A stretch of DNA of 64,000 nucleotides, taken from NCBI GenBank assembly GCA_951406725.2, contig OX597818.1:92814001-92878000 (forward strand), read 5' to 3'. Below the pieces are notes generated by a model that saw only the letters and a program-made list of their open reading frames with translations, was not told the DNA's origin and did no database searches. The DNA is from Octopus vulgaris (lineage: Eukaryota). The position numbers were made by a program, and so were the translations under genes. This document shows, piece by piece, positions 49,060-62,619 of the stretch (position 1 is the first letter of the stretch; each line of letters starts with the position of its first letter).

Positions 49060-50773
49060 ATGTATTATATAAAAGTTAATGTCTGTATATGAATTCGGGT
49101 GTTACTTATAGACACGAAAACTACTGTACCCATTCTAATGAAATTTGGAACACAAAATCAACGCCTAGGGAGAAGTGTAATGCCGTATGCTTCATACAAT
49201 TTCTTGGACCAAAATTATTGAACGTATCTTTATGATATTTGGAGCTTAGGTTCAATGCATAAGGGCGCGTATAATGCAGTATATATGCTTTGAATTTGTG
49301 GTGGCTTAGACGGGGCAGAACCCCCATGAAAATTCATAAATTTCCGATTTTGATGAAATTTCAACCATAGGTAATTGACACACATCAAGAAGTATTCCCA
49401 AAGTTTTCACTTCTCATGAGGATTCTAAGACCCCCTAATTAGCTCACAAATTTTTGTCATTTTTTATGATCCAAAACTAGGTCAAAAGTACAGATGTAAT
49501 GCAGTATATGTTTGAAGGGGCGATCATAAATGAGACCCAAACCCCCATGAAAATTCATATATTTTTGCTGTTGATGAAATTTTAATCATAGATATTAGAC
49601 ACAAATGAAGTAATATTCCTAGAATGTCAAATTCTTAGGGGATAGTAAGACCACTTAATGGAGGCTTAAAACCCCCGCTATTTAGTCATTTTTCCTAAGC
49701 CAAGACGAATAGAATTGTTGTCTTGGAAGCTCTAGAGTCATCCGAGCATACAAAATGAGCGTTATTTGTAATTCAATGGTACAACAGTGTAAGAGTTTGC
49801 TTTGAAATATACTTAGATTGTGATTTCTACAATGTGGTGCATAAATTGTCAAGTAAAGTAGAGGCATCTTTGCCTCCACTTATTCAGTTTTAAAGTGTTA
49901 TATTGAGTAAAGTTATTTGGTTGCAGAGCTCCTTTGAGTCTTTTTATTATCACAGGGTCAGAGATAGTCCCCAGATGATAACATTGATTTCAAAGCCTTT
50001 CCAGATAAGTGATTGGTCATTCAAAGAGATTTATAGATTGCAAATTTCTTCTGTTCAGTTTCCTATCTTCTTAGTGATCGTTGGCAAACTCCAGTGGTGA
50101 CACTTTCATTTCTCCTTAGCCCTCACGTCACACAGTTTTTAATGTTTATTTGAGTTGGGTCACGCCCTTCCAATTGCTGTAGATCCGTAATGCATCTTAC
50201 AGCTGTGCCGGTCACCTGTATGGTGAGGAATCCTATATTGAGGAGTGATAACAATCAGGGTAAGGTAGCTGACGGCTTATTGTGATAATTTGTCTTTTGG
50301 TTTCCTGTAGCTTTGCCCTCTTTTACAAACCAAGTGAACATTCATATATTTCCGATTTCAAAGAAATTTGAACAATAGATATAAGACACAAGTTAAAAAA
50401 GATTCCTAACAATTCAACTTCTCTTGTTGACTTTAAGACCCCCGCCCCATAATAAGGGGGCCTTAATCCCCATGTTTTAGAGCTCCATGTGTTCCATGTT
50501 CTCGAGTTTTCATGAGCAAAAACGTTTGAATAGGTTTTATGAGATTTGGATTTTGTAATCTGGGCATAAAGACTAGTAGTATGGAATAAATATGTCATGA
50601 TTAGAATTTTTGTTAGGGTGTGTGAAGAGGGAAAGAACCCCCGTTAAAATTCTTAGTCTCCAATTTTGATGAAATACGAATCATAGATATTCCAGTTCAT
50701 TAGAGAAAATATAAAAGAAAAGTTTAATTCTTCAATTCCATATGACACGGGCAACGCCGGGTATCTCTACTAG
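49060..50773 (+). mobile_element. Probable non-autonomous Helitron (~1.7 kb)
   Basis: 3' cacgggcaacgccgggta..CTAG|T terminus and a tattatataaaag-type 5' end (boundary uncertain). Internal diverged duplication (ccccatgaaaattcata at ~49322 and ~49543). Confidence 0.6.
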
Positions 50774-50804
50774 TGTGTGTGTGTATAATCGTGCATATAC
50801 ATAC

Positions 50805-50882
<78 letters not shown>

Positions 50883-50899
50883 ATACTCATATATATATG

Positions 50900-50955
<56 letters not shown>

Positions 50956-51149
50956 TCATATATATATTAGGTTTGGAGATGACGTACAGGTATTTTATAT
51001 TAGAAGAAATGAGGTGCTCAGAAATTCGGATGGTTTTATATTTACAGATATTTATTTGTATATTACATGTTTTTATACATCATATATCATATATTAGCGC
51101 TTTCTCACATTCTAGTGGGGTTTTCCAATTGAACTAAGTTCTTATGGAT

Positions 51150-51650
51150 AAATTTGACCATTTTATAGTTTTATTGAGTGTGTAGTGGTGGGGAGGGATA
51201 TAAGATAGTACAAGTGGGTGATGAATGGGGAGAAAGTGAGAGAGAGAGCATGTGTGTGTGTGTGTGTGTGTGTGTGCATGTGTGTGTGCGTGTGTGTGTG
51301 TGTTTGTTTGTATCTGAAAGAGTTTTAAAGAAAATGAAGGAAAGGAAGAAAAGGGAGAGAAGGAAGAAGAAAAAATTGTTTTGCTGGTTTCTTTTGTAGT
51401 TGATCAGAATGTTTTACTCCAAGGGGGGATCTAAGATCTTGGAGAAGAATTTGACCATTTTACAGTGTTATTGAGTGTGTAGAGGTGGGGAGGGATATAA
51501 GATAGTACAAGAGTGTGATGAATGGGGAGAAAATGAGAGAGAGCATGTGTGTGTGTGCATGTGTGAGTGCGTGTGTGTGTGTGTGTTTGTTTGTATCTGA
51601 AAGTAGTGTTAAAGAAAAAGAAAGAAAGGAAGGAAAGAGAGAGAAAGAAG
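51150..51650 (+). repeat. Diverged direct duplication (~210-bp unit, ~298-bp offset)
   Basis: aatttgaccatttta..gagtgtgtag..gggatataagatagtacaa... occurs at 51151 and 51448. Confidence 0.85.
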
Positions 51651-51749
51651 ACCATAAATTGTATTTCCTTTTTATCATTTATATATATATATATATATAT
51701 GAATTTGATATTTTCGTAATCTATTTCAATCTCCTTTATATATATATAT

Positions 51750-52310
51750 ATATGTATAGAAATTAAATATAAAATATAAATTACAAAGTGGGACAAGAAC
51801 GCAAAAACACACAAGGAGACGACACAAAAAAACAGACGGGTCACTCGAAGCCTCTAATCTTCAGTCTGGAACCGGATCATCTTAGTAATTTCGGCTGTTT
51901 AATCTCGATATTACTCCGACCCGGCCAGCCCCAAGGAAAAACCAAGCCACAGGCATTGGATTTCTTGGAAAGAGGGTCGAATGTATACGGAACAAAAACA
52001 GGATGCCACACAAATATAAATACAAGAAACAAAAATATATATAAAAAACAGAAATAAAAAACACGAATAGTGGACAGTACAAGGACAGGAACGCCTTACG
52101 ACTTTAGACAATTTTTAACTTATCTTGGCTGGCGTATATGAAAAAAGGCTTCAACAGCAAAAACGAAAACAACGTGAGCGTGGCAGCGGTCAAGCCGAAA
52201 TGACCAGTTTGAACGCGGTCACGTGAGAGCACAGAAGAAAGAGAAAGAAAAAAGAAAGGCAGGGAGCAAGGAATCAAAGAGAGAGGGAAAGAAAGGGACG
52301 AAGGCACCAG

Positions 52311-52355
<45 letters not shown>

Positions 52356-52714
52356 GAGTAATAAGAGAGGGGAGAAGAAACAGGATTGGCACAGCAATAG
52401 AAATGACGGTGCAAATAGGGTGGGGGAAGAATCAGAGGCAAGAAAAGAGAAAGACACATACTATAGAGAGAGTGTGTAAAGACGTCGTACAAGGTAAAAA
52501 TGTGTAGTATACATAGGAGATAGGGGTACGTAACGCCGCAATAATATATGTATAGAAATCAAATATAAAATATAAATTATAAAGTGGGACAAGAACGCAA
52601 AAACACACAAGGAGACGACACAAAAAAACAGACGGGTCACTCGAAGCCTCTAATCTTCAGTCGGGAACCGGATCATCTTAGTAATTTCGGCTGTTTAATC
52701 TCGATATTACTCCG
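51750..52714. mobile_element. Partial-tandem element with ~165-bp direct repeats (PLE-like architecture, unclassified)
   Basis: 51750-51918 is nearly identical to 52546-52714. (TA)n flanks both sides. Confidence 0.6.
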
Positions 52715-52755
52715 ATATATATATATATATACACACAAAGTAAATGATTGCATTA

Positions 52756-52807
<52 letters not shown>

Positions 52808-52824
52808 ATCATTTACTTTGTGTG

Positions 52825-52861
<37 letters not shown>

Positions 52862-52882
52862 AAGTAAATGATTGCATTACTA

Positions 52883-52960
<78 letters not shown>

Positions 52961-53106
52961 GAAACAATAAGGGTTTTGCAACAAGTTGCTTGACCACATA
53001 CCGAAAATTTAAGAAATACCAGCCAAAGGACTACTATTTCTTTTTCTACAAAAAATATGGTCCTTTTCCATACCGAAATACTACTAGGTGAAATTTTATT
53101 ACTTAG

Positions 53107-53268
53107 TGGCATTTCGTCCGCCTTTACGTTCTGGGTTCAAATGGTACCGAGGTCGACTTTGCCTTTTTCTTTTCTGGGTTTATGAAATAAATAACAGTTT
53201 AGCACTGATGCAACCGACTAACTCCGCCATCCCACCTCCCATAAAATTTCTGGTCTTGTGCTTATAGT
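53107..53268 (+). mobile_element. Diverged SINE family B fragment
   Basis: gggttcaaat..ccgaggtcgactttgcc. Confidence 0.65.
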
Positions 53269-53299
53269 ATGGAAGATTATTCAGTAGTCTTGTTTTTAT

Positions 53300-54145
53300 T
53301 GTGTGCTTCCACTACTCAACCTAGCATAGGTCTGCGTGCCTTGGGTGTAAGTTATGTTTTGTTTTGGCGTTATTCTTATCGTATTGAAATGGCTCTACAT
53401 AATATGTTTGTGGTGTCTAGCAGCGCTATTTCCTGTTTGTTATATATGTTCGTAAGTCCTAGGGGTTTTGGCTATGTATTTATCTGCAATTCTCTTTTAT
53501 CGCTTCCAAAGCTCCTGTTGCTTGTGTTTTCACACCGCACATTCAGGTTATTTCTATTTCCAGATATTTGTATTGAGATAGTTTTTCCATTTTATTTAGA
53601 AATACAGTCATCTTTTGGGACTGATATGTTGATTAGGAGACATTTGTTTGCTAGTCCGTCATAATAATATCTGGCTGATTAGCCTCGGTTTCCCTATTTG
53701 TGTGCCTTGCCATAACCCAGAGTATGGTTGTTTCGTCATTTTCTGTTACCTTTTTTTAGGTATGCCTATATGTTCTCTTTTCTGTTAGCATTCCATAAAG
53801 CTGGCACAATTTCCAGTGTAAGTCCCAAGTCTGTTATGTTTGTCGATATATTCCTTCATGTCCAAGTCTGGGCAGCCAGGGACCATATAATATTTTGTTT
53901 CTTTTCCATCACCATATATCATGTAGTTACTTACTGCATTTTGCTTTATTATGTGTTTTTCGTAGTTTCTGGTGAGGAAACTTATCTTGTGTCGCAATTA
54001 AGAACTTTCAATCTCTGCTTTTGACTCCCGCGCTTCTCAACCAGTGGTTTTTACTTTGTTTTTCACTTTACCTATTTCTTTTCTGTTTAGTTTATTCTAA
54101 TATTTCTGATGTAGAGGCTTTTCTTGCCAAAGGTTTATCATGGTA
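53300..54145 (-). mobile_element. Old R4/Dong-like fragment interrupted by the Helitron (probably continues at 57726-57880)
   Basis: LTRNYEKHIIK...GCPDL..EY..HN and EANQPDII remnants. Confidence 0.65.
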
Positions 54146-57100
54146 CTAGCAGAATTGCCCGGCGATGCTCGGGGCTGAATTGCTTGAAAATACTGTTAAT
54201 GATTGCATTAAATTATGATGATTATTCAGGCAAATATTGATATAAGTTTACGGCGAATGAATGTATTTGTAAGTGTATAGAAAGCCGTGTAAAGGGGTTC
54301 CAACCCCCTCGTAGAATGGTGTAAGAATTGAATGCGAGGTTGCCTTGAAAAGAGCCATCTTATTGTTCTCATAATTGTAAGAATTTGATAGTCGTGGAAG
54401 GCGGTGTAAAACGTTCGCAGGTGAAAAGGGTCTCTTCGTTTTCCACGAACGGCAGCGGATGTGCTGTTACAAAACTTCATGCTGTGTTAAAAGAGAATGG
54501 ATGCCCTCTGTAGGCAAGAGGGGAATGAAGCATGGGTAAGTAAATATGGGTAATTTATAAAATATAGAACAATAGCATCTACTCACTATATGTCAGACCG
54601 GCAGGACTGTAGTGGTGCTGAATAGATGAATCACAACACAGTGGTGGAGATGTTTTCATTGATGGGCGTTATGATTAAATTTGTTGTTGTATAAAATGAT
54701 CTGTTGCTTAGTTTCCAAAGTGTATGTTGCGATCGTGTTGTCGCTTATGTTAACTTTAACAGTGAGAGTGAAGATGTAGGGGGTAGATGTGTCATGTACG
54801 TTGGATATAGAAGATGAGGCTGGTGGTTTGATGATGAATGGATAGAAATAGAGGTGAGCGAATGACAGGTGTTGGTTAAGTGTGAATTAATGTCATGAAA
54901 CGCCTAAAAATGTAAATGCCATCATAAAAGAGAGTCGTATGTAAGTGAAATACTAACGTGTTCGAAAATGATGAAACGTAGTAATCCTATAAAACCTCAT
55001 TGTACACAATGTTTTTTGTTTTTCGTTGTGGAACGAATGCGAAAGCATCACTGTTGCTGCCGACACGCGAGCAGGCAACATAAAGCTGACCATGAGAGAA
55101 ACATGGCTCTCCAAAATGTATTCCCGCCACAGACAGTGTTTGACCTTGCGCTTTGTTAATTGACATTGCGAAACATGGCCTTACTGGGAACTGGGACCTC
55201 CGAAATATGAAAGGTAGGTCTGCTCCTGATGGGAAAAGATGCGTCCTAGGTATGAGCACAACGTTGCCTCGACCGCACCCTGTGATAATGGTGGCCTCAA
55301 TCAAATTGGGAGATAAGGACTTAACGATCAAATTTGGGGGAACCAAATTTCTAATGAGCATTATAGGGGCACCAACTTTAAGTTTGAGAATGTGTGGTGG
55401 TAGTCCAGGGGACTCAAAGGAATTGAGTACCTCTATTGGATAATTGATGACGTCCTCTGGGTCAGGAGTTGTATCGATAGACTGATATACATAGACTTCC
55501 CCAGGAATGAGTCTTAGCATTTCATCATTAATATGGTGAACAGTTTTATTCCTCGGGGCCAGAATAGCCCTTTGGCCAATCCAATCCATATTCTGATAAT
55601 TAGCTTGTAGATCTGGGAACACTGCATCTCTGAGATCAGAAGGCGTTTTAACAATGGTACAAATGGAATCGATGGCAATATTACCATTTTCATCCCCTGG
55701 TATTTTGCCTTCGCCAAGTGCAAGGAGGGTGTGAGAAAATGCTGCTGATGTGATATCACGTCGCATATGAGTACGCATATTGGTGTGAAGTTTGAGAGTC
55801 TTCACCAGTGGCCACAATGTGGATGACTTAAGACACGCACTTACTGCATCAGCTGTAGTCCCTTTGGGAATAACGGGAAGTGTTTGTCGGAAGTCCCCTG
55901 AAAGAAGAAGTGTTATGCCTCCCATGGGAACTGAAGAGTGTTTGATGTCTCTGAGAGATCTATCTAGTGCCTCAAGAGCACCTCTGTGGGCCATCGTGCA
56001 TTCATCCCAAACGATAAGCTTGCATCGTCTGAAGACTTCTGCCTGATCGGAGTTGTTACTGATGTTGCAAGTTGGTGTCTCAGGCTTCGCTAAGTCAAGC
56101 GGGAGCTTGAAAGTGGAGTGAGCTGTCCTGCCGCCTGGCAACAAAGTAGCCGCAATTCCAGATGATGCCACAGCTAGGGCAATGCCTTGTGTTCGCCTAA
56201 TCTCAGCCAATATTAATTTGTTGACAAAAGTTTTCTCAGTGCCCCCAGGAGCGCCCAGGAAAAAAATCCCCCTAGCTTTGGCCCGGACTGAATTAACAAA
56301 GGAGTTGTAAGCGAACTTCTGTTCTGGAAGGAGCTTTGGCTCATTGTCGGCTATGTACTCGGCAAGTTCGTCAACATTAAAACATGTCTCACGCAGCAAA
56401 TGTGAAGACAGAGTGTTTGTGCCTTCCCGGTTTGTTTAAGGTAGGCCATAGACCGGCAAGGCTCTACCGCCCATATCAAGTACAGTATCTTCGATTTTAA
56501 GCAGCGCCCTGTTGTAAATGAGGTCAGTGTACCCGACCTCCATTGATGGATGTAGCGATTGAGCGTGACGCAGGAAATCTTCAGACATATAATCTTTGTA
56601 GGTAAGCCATAAAGAGGCGGGATCAGCCAAGTCACACCATAGTAGTAGAATAGCGAAAGGCGATCTGATTTTTTTAGATTTTAACGAAACACCCTCCGCC
56701 ATAGTGGCGCCCCATTGTGAATCATCCTCCAAAAGTCGACGCCGAAAACAGGCTTCGCGGAAAGTATCACATAATACACCATCAACAGTTCTGATGTCTT
56801 GAAAACTTTGTGGGTCTAAAACCTCATGGAGGAGAAGGCGCGGGTGAAAACACTCATGTTGGTTCAAAATATATAACGGACTGGAATTGTAGGCCCGTCT
56901 CTTGCAATTTCGATAAATTGGATCTTGTCCTCCCTCTTGTATAGAAGTGTACGGCTACAGCGAAATTCATTTTTGGACTTTCTTCTATCGAAGGCATTTT
57001 AACAAAAATGCTTCCGTAAAGACGGTGAAAATATTGTCAATTTCCCCAAACAGGGACACAATTCAATTTTTAAACAATAACCAAAGCCCCTTCTCCGAAA

Positions 57101-57725
57101 GGGGGAGGGTTACGGTTTACAATTATTTAACAAATGCAACACAACAGCGTTTCCCTGACGAGGAACCAACAAACGTGATTACAATAGTCAAACAGTAATA
57201 ATAATAACAACAAACCTGTTAAATTTATCCCCATTTATGTGAAACCACTTATTCAAGTTCAATTTTATACGAATTGCTAACACACACACACACACACATA
57301 ATAACGGTGAAAAATTTAATATTAATTTGATTAATATGAATCGAAAACCAGTGGTGTAGCATATAAGACCATAGCGGATCTTCCTCTAGCAAAAAGGATG
57401 ACCACTATTAATGGCTCATCCCTGTTATATAATACTTTCACTTTAATAGTTTCACACTTGCAAAGAGAAAGTAGGAGAAAGTGTGGTGGTAATAGCAGGA
57501 GTAAACCACTTGAAATGAGAGAGGCAAATCGTAAAATATTGAGTTTTCTCGAATTTTTGCTTAATTGGGGGTCAAATTGAAAAAACTTTACATGCCATGA
57601 CCCAATCGAATCTACTTGGAAAAATCATAGGTAAATTCCAATTGAAGAAATTCTATATTGTAGAATTGTATTAAAAAGAAACATGGGAACAGGCAGAGAA
57701 AATCTGCCTTTTATCATAAGAGAGA
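54146..57725 (-). mobile_element. Internally deleted Helitron (3.6 kb) with RepHel remnant
   Basis: On minus: A|TC start, 3' hairpin plus CTAG|T. ORF 56436-56867 (RLLLHEV..SFQDIRTVDG..TFREAC) and ORF 54987-56399. Confidence 0.93.
54987..56399 (-). pseudogene. Helitron PIF1-family SF1B helicase domain (inactive remnant)
   Basis: GAPGGTEKT (Walker A with G>E), VASSGIAATLL, GRTAHSTFK, IVWDEC, LSGDFRQTLP, FAMSINKAQGQT, HGQLYVACSRV. The CNGTR motif is deleted. Confidence 0.9.
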
Positions 57726-57888
57726 TTTTGTAATCCCAGTTTTACTGAATACTTTAGCTGTTTAACAGTTGTTCTTGTTTATTCTTTTTCTTCATATTTT
57801 ATCATTGTAGCCTCTGCTTTATATTTTTCTGCTTCTTTGAAGACAGGAAAAAGAGTATACAGTTTTCTGTTTTGTACTTGTTTTGTTG

Positions 57889-60150
57889 CTATTTGTATGA
57901 GTTTTCCCCGATTATGAATTTGATATTTTCGTAATCTATTTCAATCTTCTTCAGCCATTTGTCTTCATCTTTGTTTACTGTTCCCAACACACCAATTATT
58001 ATAGGAACGACCTTTACTGTTCGTATGCTCCAAATTCTTCCTATTTGAAATGTTAAGGGATTGTATTTTCGTTGTTTTTCTTCCTCTTTCTCTACATTCC
58101 TGGTATCAAACGGGCATGATGGGTCGATAAGTAAGTAACTTTGCTTTTCCTTATCTATAAATAAGCAACGTCGCTTTTCTTCATTATTTTTTTTTCCGAT
58201 TGATTTGCGTTTTATTTCATCTTCCGATCGGGTCTCGGCCAGAGACCTAATGCACGTATACATTAGATGGAAACTTCCTGAGAATGTGAAAGGTTGGTAT
58301 TAACACATTTTTTTGTCGCATATATTGTTGGTTTCTCAAAGATCTGGTCAAAAACTTGTCAGTACCTTTCTTGATCATCTTAGACCACCTAAAACAACAG
58401 AGATGGTTTTGGCTTTTAATTGCACCTCCTAGATATCTCAATCTCAAGGTCTTATATTTCGATGGTTTTTCAAATTCCTTTGCTGAGATGTTTCTATCAG
58501 TAGGTACTGTCATATCAATTAACAAGTATGTTTTTTTTTGTCTTATGTGTGATGATGAGAGGCTATTAAGCCAGAAGTTTGAGATTTTATCATATCCAGT
58601 AGACTTCCAAATTTACATAGAACTTGAGTTAGTTCCTGCAATGCAATATTGTTCCATCCCTGTTCTTCAATCTTAGCCATTCTTTCTTCTTCTCCCTCAA
58701 CCCATTCAATTCTTTTAGTTGAATTCCTTTCTATCACTCCATATATTTTTCCAAAATGTCACTACTTTGATATGAGGCGAGTCTTTTACTTCGATAGATT
58801 GTTTCCCTAACTCACAATAGAATTTCTTAGCATCAGTTTGAAATTTCTTATTTTATCTGTAAAATTTGTTTCTCTTTTCATACCTGCGTAACCGTTGGGT
58901 CTAAAACTGCATTTTTTTGCTTAACCATCTCTTTTGCTTTCAATACTTCATTCACGTTAATTAAATTGTATTTTCGTTTTATCATTCTAGCCATTCTCGT
59001 CTTTACATTATTTCTTTTGAAAAGGCGGCGAGCCGGCAGAAACGTTAGCACACCGATCCTGAGTTCAAATTCCGCTGAGGTCAACTTTGCCTTTCTTCCT
59101 TTCGAGGTTGATAAATTAAGTACCAGTTGTGTACTGGGGTTGATCTAATCGACTGGTCCCCTCCCCCAAAATTTCGGGCCTTGTGCCTAGAGTAGAAAAG
59201 ATTATTTCTTTTGAAGAGTTCATCTAAGATCGATAATTCCCGTCGGAAGCTCTCGATTTCATTATTCATGCACTCTTCCACCTTGAGTGTTCGTGTGCTT
59301 TTTTGTGAGCCTTTTCTTTACTTCGACGCCTGTTTTCTTTGTAGCAGCAATAGCTGTTGGATATATAAGATGCTTTAATGCGGTTAAAATCAGTCTGTTT
59401 CAAAGAGAAGCTGCTTCAGGACATAGTCATATATTTTAATCGTAAAGTGATTTGATTTGGTGTTCTGAAACTTTAGTAGTTGATCTCTCTCATTTATTTC
59501 TAGCTGTTCAGAAATGCCTAGCTCTCTCAGGATATCGTTTTTTGCCTCAAGTATTCTCTCTCTATTGGCTTCAGCGATGTGTCGACCATTACAGCTTCAG
59601 TCTCATTCCTACTTCCCGTTACTTCACTTTCAAATCGGTCATCTACTACTCCAAGTTCTAAGTTGCCTACATCAACATCATGTTCAGGGGTGTCTCTATC
59701 AATAGGTTGAATGTTTTCCTGTTCATTATTCCCAGTACCTGCACCATGTGATTCAGCTTGATTTCCTGGGATGATGGTGGCATTATTTTTATTGTCTCTA
59801 ATTCTGCTGGTGTTAGGCAGTTATTACGCATGATGTCTCTGCGTACGTTGGCTAATTTGTTTGCATCAGTATAATCGCGGGTGCCACCCCCTAGCATCTC
59901 TCTGCAGATATTGAAACACAACTCAGCTTTGGTACGCTTTGGTTGGTTCAATGTTGTGTAGAATGTTGTCATGACAATCTCGCCCATCTATTTTTAGTAG
60001 TTCTTTCGAAGTTTGTTTTATTTGGGGTTTGTCTTAAATAGTCAGGGTTGATAGGAATTTGTTTCAATTTTCAACTTTACGACATCAGGTTGGTTCCTCT
60101 CTGGGAGACGCGTCTTCGATGACCCGCGTGACGGGCGATGTGGTATAACC
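57889..60150 (-). mobile_element. Patchwork of degenerate R4/Dong-like fragments (two RLE C-termini and an N-terminal region)
   Basis: LLIDPSCPFD..VVPIIIGVLGTV; LIDMTVPTDRNISAKEFEK; NKKFQTDAKKFY; KLANVRRDIMRNN.LT..EL. Confidence 0.7.
59022..59200 (+). mobile_element. SINE family B (internally deleted) with 15-bp TSD
   Basis: TSD attatttcttttgaa at 59007-59021 and 59201-59215. Confidence 0.9.
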
Positions 60151-60471
60151 TGTTTCTAGTCTGCATTTTGCGTGAAGAATCCATTTTAACCTTACTGGCA
60201 AGAAGTGATTATTCTCTCTACGCTAGACAGATTTGCTTCATCAAGCTTGAAGGGGGGCATGTCTGCCTTCATTTGGATGGGCTGTGCTGTGCTGGCCATC
60301 ATCACAGTATTCATAACCCTGCAGCAGTGGGTTAAGCATTGTTTTTTGTTGTTGATGTTTTCGTTTTTTTTATGTATTCTTTATAGCTTGGGAAGTACAA
60401 ACTCTTCCCTAATTGTATTGCATCAGTATGTTTTGTTTTGGCGCTTGTGCTTGAATCTTTTGTATTGTGAG

Positions 60472-60524
<53 letters not shown>

Positions 60525-61284
60525 GCGAGTTGTGTTCTTCAGTTGGGTATCAGCAGTGACTTTAAGAGAAGAGTCCGTATGTTCAGTGTTAACTTTTTGA
60601 CAGAACGCAGCTTCTTCATATCGCGAAATTCACCGTTTTCTTGAGAGCTTTATCAATGAGTACAGCTGTCCCTTTCCACAGTTTAAAAAGAAACTAAATA
60701 AACTTGTTGCAGCTTTTGCTAAAGGCAATAAAATACTGTGTGCTCGACGCTAGTTTGTTTTGTGCGCGTATGGAGGGTACTATGTGTTCGTTTGTGAATT
60801 GTATAAACATAAATATTGTATTTACGAAGATGTACCTGCATAGCAAGTGAGATGCAGCACGGATTTTTGTCAGTGAACAGGTCGCGGTCTTAAAGCGACG
60901 AAAATATTTTGACAAATTAAATTTAAATGTTGAAGTGAATCGAACGGCTTTTGTGTGTTTCTTAAATGGCTTACAAACACCTTCCACACTGCAAATATTG
61001 TATTGGTTGATGTATAATCGAGAAATAGCAATGCCCTTATGTGTGGTAATGGGAATGCATATATGATTAGTTCTAGTGCTCACAGTTTCGATGTGAATAG
61101 TTCTCGTTGCTCCTCATGCATAAATTTTGCAGCGGCAACGCGAGAAAAATCTCTTGTTTTCTTTCCTTTTTAGGCTGTTCCTTAAATTCAACTTGATGAT
61201 GATCTCAGATTTAATCTTTCCTCCCAGGGAGCTCGGTAATGTACGTCCATCTCCTCGTTATTCGCTGCGGAACTATTATTATTA

Positions 61285-62020
61285 CTGTTCAGTAGTCAGA
61301 GTGAACGGTCACCTCTCAGAGCCGGTCAACATCATGTGCTCGGTCCAACAAGGTTGCCCCCTCTCGCCTTTGTACTGACTCTCGAGCCTCTACTACACAA
61401 ACTGGAGACGTTGAGAGGCATCCCACGTGACCTGGGATGTGGGAGATGCTTGTCGGCATATGACGTCGACATCACCGTAGTGATGTCGGATCATAATCAC
61501 ATAGAAATGATCGGCACCGCTCTCGGGGACTACGAGGCGGTTTCAGGAAAACTCATTGGGCTTGCGGTTCGACTCCTGGAGAAGTAAGTCCATGCTGTCC
61601 AACTGCGTCGTTGGGCACTGGACTGACGGACCGGTTAAATTGCTTGGGGTCTGGTAACGAGATGGGGTGACGTAACGAACTGGGTGACTACTTTCACCCA
61701 GAAATGGGCCGAGAGAAAGCTCTCCTTGAAAAGTCGGGCAGTATATCGCGTCCGTCATTTACTATCACTTTACCGTTGTGCCTTGTCCTGGCCACCGTCT
61801 GATTACGATGGAATGTATACTCTTCCGTTTCTTGTGGAAGAGACACGTCCCGATGGTCAGGTGGTCTATCAGCTGTCAGCACCCGTGGTTGATGATGCGT
61901 AGACATGCGCTGAGGCTACATCTCAAGTACTTCCTTGACGGTGAAAAGGTGCGATCGCCGTTTGCCAGACACGTATTTCCGCAGTTAGTTTCTTTAACGG
62001 AGTTGCAGTCCTGGATAAAG
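61285..62020 (+). mobile_element. Degenerate L1/Tx1-clade RT fragment
   Basis: VRVNGHLSEP..SVQQGCPLSPLY, LTLEPLL, SAYDVDIT (YADD-like), VKLLGVW, LFRFLWK. Confidence 0.8.
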
Positions 62021-62249
<229 letters not shown>

Positions 62250-62250
62250 A

Positions 62251-62614
62251 AGGCGGCGTGCTGGCAGAATCGTTAGCACGCGGGGCGAAATGCTTTGCGG
62301 TATTGCGTCTGTCGCTACATTCTGAGTTCAAATTCCGCCAAGGTCGATTTTTCCTTTCAGCCATTCAGGGTCGATTATATAAGTACCAGTTACGCACTGG
62401 GGTCGATGTAATCGATTTATCCCTTCCCCCATAATTGAAGCCTTGTGCTTCCAGTAGAAAGAAATGTTATTATTATTAGACAGGCGGCGAGCTGGCAGAA
62501 TCGTTAGCACGCCGGGCGAAATGCTTCGAAATATTTCGTCTGTCGCTACGTTCTGAGTTCAAATTCCACCGAGGTCGACTTTGCCTTCATCTTTTTGGGG
62601 TCGGTTAAATAAGT
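62251..62614 (+). mobile_element. Two tandem SINE family B copies (62251-62462, 62483-62614)
   Basis: Two ggcggcg(t/a)gctggcagaatcgttagcacg heads with B-box. Confidence 0.88.
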
Positions 62615-62619
62615 AACTA

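Noticed and set aside
57150-57185. CTGACGAG hammerhead-like core inside the Helitron
   Set aside because: There is no downstream GAAA or stem pairing.
60694-61083. 129-aa minus-strand ORF in non-repetitive-looking DNA
   Set aside because: No recognisable domain and no clear splice or codon signal.
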